DNA of 64,000 nucleotides from contig NMRA01000342.1 of NCBI GenBank assembly GCA_002633005.1, forward strand, positions 396,056-460,055. The letters run 5' to 3'. Below are positions 1 through 13,689 of the stretch, in pieces. The notes under the pieces are model-generated. The model ran no database searches. It had not been told where the DNA came from and saw only the letters and a list, made by a program, of their open reading frames with translations. The translations under genes were made by a program, and so were the position numbers. Every line of letters starts with the position of its first letter. Position 1 is the first letter of the stretch. Source of the stretch: Phoronis australis. Lineage: Eukaryota > Animalia > Phoronida.

Positions 1-945
1 TGATCACTAAAGGACATATATAAGACAAATCATCCCCGTTTGAGCACTGCAGAAACCTCCAAAAATCTCACCATAAAACCCACAAAAACGGTTGGCAAAT
101 CAAGTTTCCAGAGTCACTATTATTATTGGGAAGTCCTTAACTTCATTATGCTGATACTGAACCTAGAATACTTGAAAAATATATTTTTGGGGTTTTCACA
201 AAGTCTAAGATGTGGAAAATATGCATAGAGTTGTGTATCTCAAGGATTTACAAAAAACAGTTTGAGCTTCCTAAGTTGATGTGGAGAGTTGGGGTCTGAA
301 GGAAATAACTATGCGAGGCTCGGTCACAGAGAAGTCTAGGACAAGCAAGCAGTGACAAATACAACTCGTTTTTTAGCAATATCAAAGATAAGCTAATGTG
401 CACAAAATACCAAATGATTCAGTACATGCCATTGGTTATTAAATTGTATTTGTCAAAAATGCACTGGGTTGAGCCCGGCACGAGAAACCCCAAAGAGGTT
501 TGAGCTCAATTAGATAAACAAAGTACCGGTAAATTGATTTTAAATAAACAACTGCTTTAAACAGAGAAAAATGACCGGCCATGAAAATTGCGCTCTAAAA
601 TATGACCGGAAACTGTGCTTATCCAAAAATGATCAAATACTTCAGGTGGCTTAAACCACAATGCCAAACCCTTGGTTGGATCAAAATGTGACGTAACATA
701 GGTAAGGGTTAAATACAAGGAAATATATAACATATATTGTAACAGTGGAAGTTTCTAAGTGAAATTATGTTTTCTTCTGCAATTGACGCGCGCGCGTATA
801 TATCCGCAAATAAATAATAATGATAATAATTTTTATAACCAATATAGCCTAGTTAGAGCTTACGCGACAGATCATTCTAATCAGGACTTTCAAGCCGCGT
901 AGCTAATACTGAGAGGTAGAGAAGTTCTCCCTGACTAACCTTTAA

Positions 946-1298
946 AGGGATAGCGATACCTGTTTTGACACACTAACAGATATTAAAAACGACTTTACCA
1001 ACCAATTTCCTGAACCAAAATAATGACCTGTACCTCTCAACAACCCTCAAACGTTTGGAGGAAAATTTGAAAAAAGTCATTTCGAAGTCTGCTAAGCGGA
1101 CAAGCGTGACCTACGCTTTAAGCGAATTTTAAAGCAACTGTGACGAAAGGCCACCCACCAAGGACCATAATGTCCAATTTGTGAGATAGAAAGTGTGAGT
1201 TTTTAGTTGATTCCAGCTTTTCTCTTTCAAAAATGACGCCTGATCAGGTGACAGGACGAGGATTGACTGAAATCGTCAAAACAGGGCTTAGTATCCTT
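946..1298. mobile_element. Non-autonomous TIR element (Kolobok-like MITE)
   Basis: Imperfect TIRs AGGGATA..CCTGTTTTGAC / GTCAAAACAGG..TATCCTT flanked by TTAA on both sides (942-945, 1299-1302). Confidence 0.6.
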
Positions 1299-4200
1299 TT
1301 AAATGGCATATAACGTAAATTAGACTTTTAGTAATCAGATATAAAACAAAAAATCAACTGAATCAACTGACGATGAAGATGGCATATTGTTTGAGCAGAG
1401 ACTAGAAATTCTAATAATCCTTGGAATTATTGAAAGCCAAACAAACCCGAGACAAATACAAGACTGAAACAAATCCAGACAGATGCATAATAAATGTACA
1501 TGTAGGTTTCTTGGGAAAAAGTTGTAGAAATTTTGGTCCGTGGACATTTTTTTTTTTTTAAGAAATTGTTACTACACAAGTTTGGGTAATGTTTTCCTAC
1601 AAGTAGTAAACAATTTGACAACAAAATTGTGATCCATGTTAACGATGACTGTCGGCTACTATTCAAAATGACTTCATCCCCACTGCGTTCTTTAAAATGA
1701 ATTTAAGAATTGCCAGCAAAAAATGCTTTCCATAAACGGTATTGCACATGTAAAGTGAGCACATGCAATATTTGGTGTCCCCAAGAAACTTATTGCATGA
1801 AATACAGAGTTTGAACATGCTGACTCTAATGCACGCTATCATGAATTCCCACACGCGCACCTGGATATAGGTGGCGTTGAAATCAAACATACCCGGTAGG
1901 CTAATGTAGGCCGCGCGCTCGAATACATGTTTCAAGCCTATGGAAGTACTGACCTTAGGTGAGGCGAACCCGACTTAGTTTGTTTGTGTTGGGGTCCGAC
2001 ATTCTCAAAAAGTTTAGGTTCAGTTTAGGGTGCAGGGCCTCACTGAGTAAGCGATGTTCAAAGAATGGTGGGTGTCGTAGGGCTGCTCAAGCTTGCATAC
2101 AAAAACGCGACCCAAAATGTGTATTGTACAGACTCACGATGACGTCAGGTTTTCCTTCACTTTTTAACCATTCTTAAATTTACAGTTAGGGTTTTGATGA
2201 GATACAGAGCGGAAAACTTGCAAAACATAGGTTTGCACACTCAAATGTTTATATTTGACAAAGGTTACATTCTTAATATTATAACTGGCACAAGTGCGGG
2301 GCCTCTTACTAGCCAGGGCCGTTGGAAGCGGGGGGCGGGGGGGGGGGCACGGAACCCCCAAAAATTTTCAGGCGTCAAGATTAAACCGTGGCAACCGACA
2401 TAGGCGTGGGGCCGGGGACAGTTGAGAAAAGAAAGACTTCGAAATACGGATAAGAGAGAAAATTCAAGAGAACCTTTAGCAACTCTGCATCAGTGCATGG
2501 TTTACCTTTTGAGGACCCTGACCAGGACATTGTCGTTAGGGTCTCCGATTTTGCAGCGCAGGTCGTCTAAACGCATTTGAAAACGTTCACGAAATCAATC
2601 ATGCATAAATTTCGAAAAATCGAGAAAATTTGTAATGCGAAGCTTTTACGAAGCGTACTAATTTACTGAATTTTTAAATTCAATAAGTCAATTTTGCGAA
2701 TGCAAAACTACATTTCTCCATATGCCCCTCTGGCAAGAGATAACCGAGACAACTTTTGCTTTATTTTTTTCTCGAACCTGTATATTTCTTGAGAAAAATT
2801 AATGACCTGACAGATAACATCAATTTCTGCGCATTTCCTGATATTTGAAAATTTAGATATTTTCATATTGAGGGGCCCCGCCCTTGAAGGAGGCCATTGA
2901 TGACATTCAAGTGGCCACCCTTTTTGTGTTTTTTTTGACAAATTCTAGGGGCCAATGTTGGAATCGATTACCTCTATTTCCTCTTTTGTGAAATCGTGCA
3001 ACCGGATTTCATGTTGAAGGAAGTCACTCCCTGCCTCGTTTTGGGACCACACGACGGTGGAATGCACTGCCACTCTTTTTTCCAAGATTAATGACATTTA
3101 GCCTTTCATCTCAAGGGGTCCCATTTCAGACGGTACACTCTCTCAGTGGAGCAGTTCGGGGGGGGTGTCCCTTTGTCCACTCTATACATGTAAATCTGAC
3201 ACTGCCAAGTATTCACGATGGAAGTTGAGATTCCAAATTTATCAAAAAAAAACCACAAAAGATTCGTGCACAGCACAGCCATTCGACCAAAACGACCAAA
3301 AATGCGAAAAAACGGTAGGATTGCAGCCATCGAAAGGGTGGAATTTTGAAGAACGTGAAGACCACTATTTGTGAATAACAGCAGAAGAACTATTTCCGAT
3401 GGCTAGTTATAAAATAATGGTAGTGTTTCCCGTACTATAACAAGATTAGTATCTCTTTTGAAGAGGGTTAGTTTGAGTTGTTAGTAAAGAATTCCCACTT
3501 GTGGAAAACACTGTTGTCTAGGCTACTGTTTGTGATGATCGTGTACATGTCGAAAGGGGGTACTCAAAGAACTCTCGCAACCATAAACAAAGATTTCATC
3601 GTTTTTTGTCAGTGGATTTCGAGTTTACCTCCTGAACCGTTATAGGTACCTTTAAAATGAGAAAAATACACCTTAATACGAATGCCCCATCTCCCATATT
3701 CCCGCGGTTACCCGTCAAAAGTCTGCAAGCATGCATGCGGAAATTGCTTACAACATTCCGTTTTAATAAACAAATTCGTTGGTTTTTGATTTACTTGTTT
3801 ATGTAGCTACGAAAATCGATAGAATCATAGATGATTTTTGGCAATTAGAAGCTAATCTTGTAAGAATTGATGATGTTTCAGTGAATTTAATTGCAGCATG
3901 AAGTTGGAAAAACTCTATAATCCGTTCCCCAAATAGTAAAGTACACTTATAGAAGATTTTTGCATATCTAAAATAAATTTCAAAGACATTGATGAAATTC
4001 AAACCGTAGATGGAAAAAATGTTTTAAAAATCCTTAGATAAATAAAATTAAACTCGTTGCTTGAAAAGGTTTTGTTTGCACTTCCTTGATGTTTTAGTTT
4101 CCAGTGTATTGAGCAATGAATTCTTGCTCTTGAAAACAGAATTGATTGATTTTCCTTATTTACGTGCACGCCAAGACTGACGTACCAACTTTAAAAATAA

Positions 4201-4773
4201 GATGTAACCTTGCAGTTGGCCGGCGCAGAATCTCAGTGATCCACGGGAACTGAATTTGAACTCCAGGCATTCACGAAGTGTGTACATTTTTAGGACACAC
4301 TATCCTTTTCCCCAGCCACCAGAAACTGGACTACAAGTCGTGTTTCTTTTACGCATTTTGAAACAGCCCCAAAGGCACTATACCAGTGACTTCAGGACCT
4401 CACCTTTTCAAAAAAAGTTCTTCAAAAAATGACCATAATAAAATAAAGTTTTCCAGAAACTGGATCACAATAAAACGAATCTTGACCCTAGAGCGAGCGC
4501 AGACGGCCGGTACGAGTTGCCGGTCTCGAATGAATTACAGCTGAACTGACCAGCAACTATAGCTTTAGTTCGTCGGGAGTTTCGTATTTTCACGCTGTTA
4601 GATCTCAGCTATAGCTACTTGATGCAGCTCCTCGAGACCGATTCGTATACTGGATCTTGGCCCATTCTTTCTCTCCGTGTTGGTTCACGGTTACTCAACT
4701 CTTTATGGCTTCATCCCCGGGATTATCCCAGGGGCGGATCCAGGATTTTGAGTTGGGGGGGGGCAGGGCAGAG

Positions 4774-5129
4774 NNNNNNNNNNNNNNNNNNNNNNNNNNN
4801 NNNNNNNNNNNNNNNNNNNNNNNNNNNNNNNNNNNNNNNNNNNNNNNNNNNNNNNNNNNNNNNNNNNNNNNNNNNNNNNNNNNNNNNNNNNNNNNNNNNN
4901 NNNNNNNNNNNNNNNNNNNNNNNNNNNNNNNNNNNNNNNNNNNNNNNNNNNNNNNNNNNNNNNNNNNNNNNNNNNNNNNNNNNNNNNNNNNNNNNNNNNN
5001 NNNNNNNNNNNNNNNNNNNNNNNNNNNNNNNNNNNNNNNNNNNNNNNNNNNNNNNNNNNNNNNNNNNNNNNNNNNNNNNNNNNNNNNNNNNNNNNNNNNN
5101 NNNNNNNNNNNNNNNNNNNNNNNNNNNNN
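4774..5129. other. Assembly gap (N run)
   Basis: Run of N following a G-rich GGGGCGGATCCAGG repeat end. Confidence 0.98.
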
Positions 5130-6080
5130 AAAAGACACACGATATTTCGAAACATACTTGTTTCATTCTCAAGTGAAGATAAAATGACGCAGTAATGCCA
5201 CCACAGAGTATAAGCTGACGACACACACAGTGAGACACGGCGGGTGTGAAATACTGCAAAGAATGACTAATGAATTGGGGTAACAGGAAAGTCACGCAAA
5301 CAAGTGTAACGTGCGGCGCGACCCTGTTTGCTGCTCATTCAAAATAGGCTTCTCAAAAGCAATTAAAAGGGACTCTAATACTTTCAAACGCAGCACATCT
5401 TGCTCCACGTAGCGAATTGACGTGTTTTCCACAATTTCTTGACGGGTGATTTTACGTGCGTGGTATTGCAGAAAATGATCTTGAATGGCGCCATTTTGAA
5501 GATGCATGGATAACCGACGGGAAAGATTGCAAACCGTTTGACCAATGTAACATTGTTTGACGTTTGAACGAAGACATTCGTTCATAGGGCATACAAATTC
5601 ATAAACAACACTACACTGTGCAACGGGGCGGACTTTCGCTTTAGAAATATTATTTTTAATGACCAAGTTGGAGGACTTCCTATTCCGATAATAAATAATA
5701 ACATCAAGGTAATCATCAGGCTTGCAAACTTTAACGTTGTCCCTTATGATTTTCTTAAATGGGTGTTCGTCCTGGAGGTAATTATTAGACATGACATTTT
5801 TGTAAAATATCTTTTTGGTGACACCAGTCCGACGTGCAGGGACTTCATAGCTAATTCTGGACATAAATCGCTTAATATGGAAATCCACGAAAGCATTGGT
5901 ATATCCATTATTCACTAGTGTTTGTCTTATGCGATCTACCTCTTGATTGAACAATAGCCAGTTAGACGACACCGAATACGCCCTCTTTAGGAAGTTGACC
6001 ACAACGGCGACCTTATACCGCTCAGGGCACTCACTTTTGGCGTGGAGACAGAAACCTTTATCAGTAGGCTGAGTTGGAGT
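5130..6080 (-). mobile_element. 5'-truncated Penelope-like retroelement (C-terminal RT region plus GIY-YIG endonuclease and 3' region)
   Basis: ORF 5292-6194: TDKGFCLHAKSECPERYK..KRAYSVSS..EVDRIRQTLVNNGY (post-RT region of Penelope-like elements) and VVYEFVCP..C..CYIGQTVCNLSRRLSMH..LESLLI..KPILN (GIY-YIG with zinc-binding Cys/His). The RT catalytic core is absent. Confidence 0.88.
5137..5178 (-). ncRNA. Minimal type I hammerhead ribozyme motif (U3:A8 variant) at the 3' end of a Penelope-like element
   Basis: Minus strand reads CAC-TTGAGAA-T-GAAACA-agta-TGTTTC-GAAA-TATC-GTG: stem I CAC/GTG, core UUGAGAA, 6-bp stem II, GAAA, palindromic ATAT stem III, AUC cleavage triplet. Lies about 115 nt downstream of the GIY-YIG stop codon. 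Confidence 0.65.
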
Positions 6081-7961
6081 TGAGTTGGAAAATCTGTATA
6101 ATGATATTTTACGACTAAAAGGTGATGGTTTCCTCAGTGTCAACCCTAATATACGAGAACAGCTTCGCTCGGAAGGCACTAAGTGTCGCAGCAAAAATCA
6201 TCGATGTGCTCTCTCCAGCTAGCCGGGGAGCCCCATCAGTTTTAATTGCTTTCCATGGGGGCCCTCAGTAAAACATAGAAAGATAGTAAGACAAGCACAC
6301 AGGAAAGACAGAAAAGTAGTGATTGGATTCTCCCCGATGTCGATGCCCCGGGGCCGGCCTTCTGCACTCCACTGATTGCCGGCGACTTTGAGAAAGGCAT
6401 TTTACTAGTTGGTTTAGAGAATCTTTATGGTGTACTTCTATTGGTAAAACTGTTGGGAAGAACAAAGGCCTAATAGTTTGACTGTCGATACACTTTTCTT
6501 CAAATGGTTGCCCCCCTTCATACCACATAGCTGCTGAGTTATCTGCTGCGATTTCAGGTTGCTCTCAAACAACCCACAATTGCAAAAATATGGCAGCACA
6601 TTTAAGCCACGTTTTGAAATCCTTAGTAACTTTGATTTCATAATCTAGTGCTGGCAAAGGGGTGGTAATTTGGTCTTATAACTGTTAATTTTGCAGTTTC
6701 CGCCTTTTTCAGAGACTCGATTCCTTCTCCGGTAAAACGCATTAAGTAATTTCTGTAGTCATACGCACCAGTTTTTATTTGAAACGACTCACAACTTTCC
6801 TTTTCTGGCAGAGTTATCGATAGATAGAGTGGAATAAAGGCATCCAGTCCGGGAATGTGTTTACTGCTAGGCAAACCGCACTGAGACAAGAGGAGCGCCT
6901 CTTGAATAACAATCATGGAGTTTTGTGTGTTTTTACCGGACGCAGGAGAATAGCACTCTTGCTAAAAACATGTTCTGCTGCTCTAGAACAGCGTTATGTG
7001 GAATGATTATAATACACAATGAGTTTCAATCGGACTTCACTAGGCGGGTATAGATGTAGCGTACATGCACAACGGTGTTACTTCAAAATTCACCGTTTTC
7101 CAGTCGTCTGTGGAGGAGAAAGTACTGATCAATTTCTCGGCGCATACCTTCGCGCAGGCGTTCAACAAATTATAAGAGCACCTTTCTCTCTTTGTACCCT
7201 CCCCGGTACATAAGTGCGCTAAACATTTCATGAATTCTTCGCTAGCCGTCTGTCTTTCTTTTATTTTGTTTCGCACTCGGAAACGGAGTTGAAGAGTTCG
7301 AGCTTTCAGAATATTATAACCCGGAATCCCGACAAAATAACATAAGCAATTTTCCACGCTGCTGTTTGAAATGAACCAATGTGCGTTGAAATTGCCATGG
7401 TAATGACCTCTAACAGATTCAAGGCATTGTGGATAAATGTAGGTTTTTACACAGCCAGTATTTCTAGTATTTATACACCGAACGAGATTTGGAGAATTTA
7501 TCACCCGAGGGGCGCTACCCCAGATTGTGAAATCAGCTCTAAAACTCAGAAATCAAAAATCAAAAATTTCAACTTTCGTTATGTATGACGTTAGTTATTC
7601 CTACGCAGTGCATTGGATCACCAATCTCAGCATGCCCATCACGATAATTTCCCCCACCAAATCGTAATCTTTCATGGGAAATTACTCTATGGGTGATTAC
7701 ACGATAGTTATTTTCTGTTCAGCCTCGTATTGAGGGATAACCTACTTTTTGTCATGATGTGCAGAGACATCTTTTGTTGAAAGAATCGTATCCTTCTGAG
7801 CACGTATCGACATTCACTGTATCCATATTGTCTGCCTTTTAGCCTTAGCCTGATTTCGTGAAAAAGTCTGATTCTTAGCCAAAATACAGCAGAAACAGGC
7901 ACCTGAGTGTCGTGAACATGGACACATACAGCCAATTTCATAAAAGCGATTTAAAGTTAAA

Positions 7962-8120
7962 CCTGCCTCCCGTTCAGTAACGCTAGGACCTCGCTAAAAA
8001 GCAAGACTTCGCAAGATTACGTGAGATATTGCCGTGTATTTCAAATGAGAGCACGTGACTTTGACTAGGTTTTAGCTAGGTCCTAGCGTAGGTCCTAGCG
8101 TCTACTGACCGCACGCCTGG
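7962..8120. mobile_element. ~155-bp MITE family A, copy 1
   Basis: TIR CGTTCAGTAACGCTAGGACC / GGTCCTAGCGT..ACTGA(A/C)CG; near-identical copies at 32711-32869 and 50141-50293. Confidence 0.8.
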
Positions 8121-8263
8121 TTTAAAGATAATCTGCATCATAAAGGTGGTTTAACGTTTAGGCCAGTGGTTTAGTAAAACCTGGTTTAACACCTTTTAGA
8201 CCTGATCAGTTTTCATTTCACGAAAGAAGTCTATGTTGCTTAGACATGTATTAAAATCTTAAA

Positions 8264-8673
8264 CCAGGGCCCAGTCTCTAATCTTTGTACTCGAAACGAA
8301 CTCGAAACTATTTTTGGCAATTTCTTTGCTCCTTTTGTGCGAACTTAAGATAATTGGTTATCAGACTGTGCTCGAATACATTATAGTTTATGCATAGGAG
8401 TTTCTTGTTCAAGTTTGCCCTTGAAGACCCTTATATTCGTGCTACAAACTCAAGTAAAAACTCGAAATTTCGAGTTCAAACTCGAACTTATTGCTTTATT
8501 ATTGGGTTTACAAACTGTGAACTAAGGGCAATAAATTATCTACGTAAGTTATTAGTGTACTCGAGCATAGAATAATAGACACTTATCTTGATTTCGCCCA
8601 AAAGAAGAGTAGAAAATGCCAAACCTAATTTCGAGTTCCATTTCGAGTAAAAAGATTGGAGACCGGGCCCAGG
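8264..8673. mobile_element. MITE with ~40-bp TIRs
   Basis: GGGCCCAGTCTCTAATCTTTGTACTCGAAACGAACTCGAAA versus TTTCGAGTTCCATTTCGAGTAAAAGATTGGAGACCGGGCCC (inverted). Confidence 0.7.
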
Positions 8674-11600
8674 TTTGCCTTTAGACTTGGTCAGACCCAG
8701 GTTTAAATATGGCAGGTTTTCACGATATAGGTGCAACTGAATGATCCCGCTGTGTTTACTTACGACGCAGTTTTAGAGCGAGAATGGCCTATTTCAATAT
8801 TTAGTTTTACGACGACACAAGATCAAACGTAGCAAGGTCTGGTCTAGGATTTGTAAGGGGGGTGGGGCGGATCAAGGATTTTTTAAAAAGTGGTCCAAGA
8901 CAACAATTTGAAAATTCTAGGTTTGATATCACTCAAATCAAGGCATAGAAGGGGGTTCCGCACCATTTGTCCCCTTGGATCCGCCTATGCATAGACTAGT
9001 AGGTGTTGTAGGGTGTCCTTCGGGTTCTTCAGAATATGACTGGTCGAGCAGAGCGTCATCGTCGTAAGCGCTACGGGTTTGACTGTATACAGCATCTTTT
9101 GATTCTTTTGACTGAGTTCCACCTCCATTGGTCACCGAATTAAGGTTGCCAGGCAGGGGTCCTGCCCCCCACCCCTTTGTCCACAGTAAAATGACAAGGA
9201 AATAAATTTGAGAATTTATTATGTTGCGGCTAATCGTGAGCATGTACTTTAATGTGTGTACGTGTGTTGGACACGGGCATTACAAAATGAAACATGTACC
9301 CTCATGATGTCCTAGATCTGCCACCGGGTCCCTCATTGTTCTTCTTTGCAATTTTTCACTGATGAAGTTTTCTTTCTGGCCTTCATTTTAGTGATACCCT
9401 TACGCTGTCTGTCGCTGTATTTTTTCGATCGTGGCAACTTTGCAGCAAGTCTTACCACGTCTGCTGCTTACGTTGACTAATTGGCACCGGTTTTCTTGTT
9501 CAGTGAGGAAACATTTCCTCATGAGAAAAGCTTTTAGACCTTTTCGCAAATGTCTACACTGATTCTGTTACTGTGTGTCATTTATATCCACTTGATCAAG
9601 TTTTTATTTACGCACTTTCAATAGTTTCTTTACTTTTTGGGGTTAATCCAGATCGACACAGTAGGGTAGCTTGGCGGATATTGGAAACCTGGTACTAAAC
9701 CTGCTCCCTGGTCTAACAAAACCACGTTGGTGAAATGCAGGTTAGGTCTAAAATTAGACCAGGTTTTGTAAGACCAGGTTTGATTCTTAAACCTGGTTTC
9801 GTTCAACCCACTTTTATGAAATCGGCTGATAGGACGTCGTGGATGACGTGCACTCTGAACTCCACCAATAGGGGGCACCAATCGGTTCTGCCGCATCAAG
9901 TAAGCTGATCGAGGACTCTAGGTTTTCATCGGGTTTAATTTGGCAAGAAAACATCAAGTAGATGAATCATCTGATTTCGGTATATCCTACCACATAATCC
10001 ATTATGTATGTTAGTATACAGTGACCTATTTATTCATCGTTTAGTCAAGGCACATTGGACTTGTGACGCCAGATAGCGACGTGAGCCATTTTGATTTGTT
10101 CGCGGTCGTCATGACTAGTACCGTTGTTGTGCGTCAAATGACTCACGCAAAACAGTGGTGTCAGCCTCTAAGTGAAAGGATTCATGTTTCTCTTCGTCAA
10201 GTTTGTCCTTTTTGTCCAACAAATATGACTGAAACTTGAAAACGTACAAGAAGCTCTTGCCTTCCACTAAAGTGTTGAATACCTGGTCCCGAGACTACAT
10301 TTCCTCAAGTCTAAGAAAACCAGTCATTTTGATTAATTTTTCATGTTTTGGTGAGCCCAAAACGACTTCCACCGACAGTACTCGTAGTCTTGAGAAATTC
10401 TCAGTTCATCGAGTAGAAAGGGTGACAAATAATTCTTGAGTAAAATCGACGAGGTCACTTGGAAAAATACGCGAAATTGCTACTCAGGGTACTGAAAAAA
10501 ATATTCAACTTACAGGGCAACTTCCTTGACGCCTCAACTTCACATTTTGATACCTTACACAACCATTACATCCAATACAGTTACAATGAGTATGAAAAAA
10601 ATAAGATTTTATTGACAGAGTACCCATTCTGCGATTTTTGTTAGAAAAATCAGAAGACGACATTGGTTTTTTCACACCTGCTTTACTATAATTTAAAACT
10701 TTAAATTGGATTGTAGAAGCTTTTTCTACATATGCCAAAACAGCAGCAGCAAAATAGGTAATCTGTTCTTGTTTGATCTCATGGCAACTCCAGAATAGTA
10801 GCGGGACGTCTTGAAGCTAGAACACAGGTGACATTTGGTGGTCGACATATCTGTAGTGAGTACAGACTGGAACAGAGTTTTTGAGCAATTTAAGGCTCTG
10901 AGCAAAGTTTGGTAATAACCGATCCACGGCACGGTTCCATAAAAGTTTCAGTTCACGCTGCAGAACAACAATGTTATTGCGTTAGCACGCGTTACATTGC
11001 CATGATTCTGGAACAATGCATGTGACGTCATGCTACAGTCGGAGGCTACAGTGGGAAATTTTTTAAAAGTGTATCTGTGGGTAATTACACCGAGATTCGA
11101 ATGGAGTGTACGGTTTCGTCGACTTTCTTGAGGCTTTCTTTAACATTTCCCGTGTAAAAAACAAGATATTCAAGATAAAGGAAATTACTCTCAGACTGTT
11201 ATTGAGGCATCTGCTGATTTCAATCTCGCTCTCGATCAGTCTAAGGACAGACTGAATTATCGACAGGTTAATAACCCAATGACATGATTAGATCATGTGG
11301 TTTTCATTACCCAATCGTTAAGTAAGTACATTATTATAATTTGGGCAAAAGTTTGGAAACTCAGATGGAATTTAGTACGTGAAGTTGATGCTACAAGACT
11401 TGCAACAGTGTACAGAGGAAATTGTACAACAGTGCCATCTCGTAGAAGATTCTAAAGATCATCTAGGCAAAGACAAGGGTTAGGTGGCACTGAACAGTTA
11501 GGTTGTGGCACTGAACAGTTAGGTTGCAGCCACGGGGCATTTTCTAGAATTTATGTGCAGGGCGTATGCCAGGTTTGGCTGGTTGTTCCGAAAACAAATG

Positions 11601-13689
11601 CCTGGAAACTGATTTACTTGTGTTTTTGAATGAGAAAATCCAGGTTTATTTAGCCGTGACCTACTAGTACATTTGATGCAAAACGGTGGCTTTCGTTTGC
11701 TTTCAAATCCTGCCTCCATCCACGCACAATCTCAAAGCATAGCTACCTTTTAAACAAACTCACAGTCAACTTCTGATAGCTGCTTATCGGTCTCTGAGCT
11801 CAACATAGTGGTAACTAGCTCTATTTTGACGATAGTCTTCATACGGCTAGCTAGCTGGCTACAAGATCTACAGTGCGCACTTCGACGTTTCGTGTTAAGA
11901 TGGAGACACAGTGAAAGCCAAATTCGTTGGATCGATGATTTCATAGGCCTCGATTGGTGCGAATGCCATCTAAAGTTTTTTGGCGCTAAATGGGGTTTGC
12001 GATGGGGCTGCTGTATAAGTGCTAGGCCTACTTAATTAACAACTGGGGTATGCTACATGTATGACATCATATGCTCATGTTTTTCATTAATACATAGATA
12101 TAAAATTGTCCTTTTGGTACCATAGTAGGCCTTGAACTGATGGCCAAGGAATTCAGGTCACGGAAATAAACGGAAATAGTCGATTATTATCTGATCTCAG
12201 TCGATATACAAAATTGTGCTCAAAATGGCTTTTACTCAGAAAACAGAAAAAGTAAACATAACACCAAGTTACGTATTACATAACTTGGTATATATTTTCA
12301 CGTTTTTAGACTTGATTGACCCTTTGAGATAAGGACTTTGATAAATTCATTTGCGCATGGGAGTTTCAGGGGTCAAACTTATCAAACTTTGTGATAGCCT
12401 TAAAATTGTTTCTGACAATTTGTGTATCTGTGCCCCCCTGTAAAACAATTTTTTCTATTTAGGCTAAAGCTCACGAAACTATATTTGAGACCTACAAGGG
12501 CCTAAACACGATTATCAGATCTGACAATTCTTTCAGTTGAACGCAAGTTGGTCAGAGGCCTAGATTTTAACGCTGTCATTGACAATTTCGAGTTTGAGAA
12601 ATTTAGGAAATCGCCATTAGTGTAAAACATGTCTGACCTATTATCCTAAATTCTGATTGGTGTGTGCAATTTGAGTACCGGAGTTTTTCTGTATCAAGGC
12701 TCACCTGCTGGACTTAGATTTGGCCGAGTGTCGTACTTGTCAAATCAAGCCTATTTCCTGAGCTTCATTTTCATTTTGTCATTTTTGTTCATCTAGCGAG
12801 ATTCTTGAGGTTCGGTTCTAGACAACCAGGGATTTCTCGGCAAACTCACCAAACCAGACAATTAAACTGGTCATTCATTTTACCAAGCGACCTGAGTGCA
12901 GTCGTGGCTGGATGCCGGGAATACAGTAGTTTGGCCTCCAATCTTAGAGCCACTTTCAACCACCTGTCAAACTACCATTTTTGGGTGTTAAAATCATGTT
13001 CCATTTAGGGAAAGAAATGACATTTGCACGTTTATTCTGCCCTAGCAGCAGGTGTGTTTAAGTAATTGTGAAAAAGCCACACCTGTAATTATTTGCGTGG
13101 CTTAGTGTGTGCATGTGAGTGTGTGTGTAAGCATGTGAATATTGTCATTGGTTTGACTTCTATTATTTTTATAATAGTTCATTTGTGCAATGCTTATCGT
13201 TAATTCGGTTTTTTGATCAGTAATTTCATCTATAGTAATGACATATAACCGTGAATAAAGTTTAAAATGAAAAGTTTATCTTGAAATATAATCCAATCCA
13301 TCACTCTGTGTTACTGACAGCGTGCAGTCCACATGCCAATATGTCCCGCTCCTGGCGGATTGCTCCACTTTTTGAATGGAGAGCAAGTTACAAGTCTATG
13401 ACACAAGCTATATACACCGCAAATCATGTTTACATCATAATGCGATGAATACTTTTAGTCATCCAGATGAGTAATAATATTTAGAAAATTGAATCAATTA
13501 CTGGCTTACGGATTGAGTTGGCTACGTTGCGTCCTCTTCTCGAGGACGAGGCCACTGAGGTGTCACGTGACTCGTCTACATGTTCACATCAATTAATCTT
13601 AAGCCAAAAATTCAGAAATCAAAAATTTGCTCAAATTTGGGAAGACCTTGACAGTAATTAAAACATAAGCTCTACCAAAAATTACGCAA

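Noticed and set aside
4619-5295. Long ORFs containing X runs (also 35775-36059)
   Set aside because: Artefacts of translating across assembly gaps.
6080-6194. Listed N-terminus of the 300-aa GIY-YIG ORF as a real gene start
   Set aside because: Non-ATG start, and similarity to Penelope-like elements begins only near PTDKGFCL; this is a 5'-truncated insertion.
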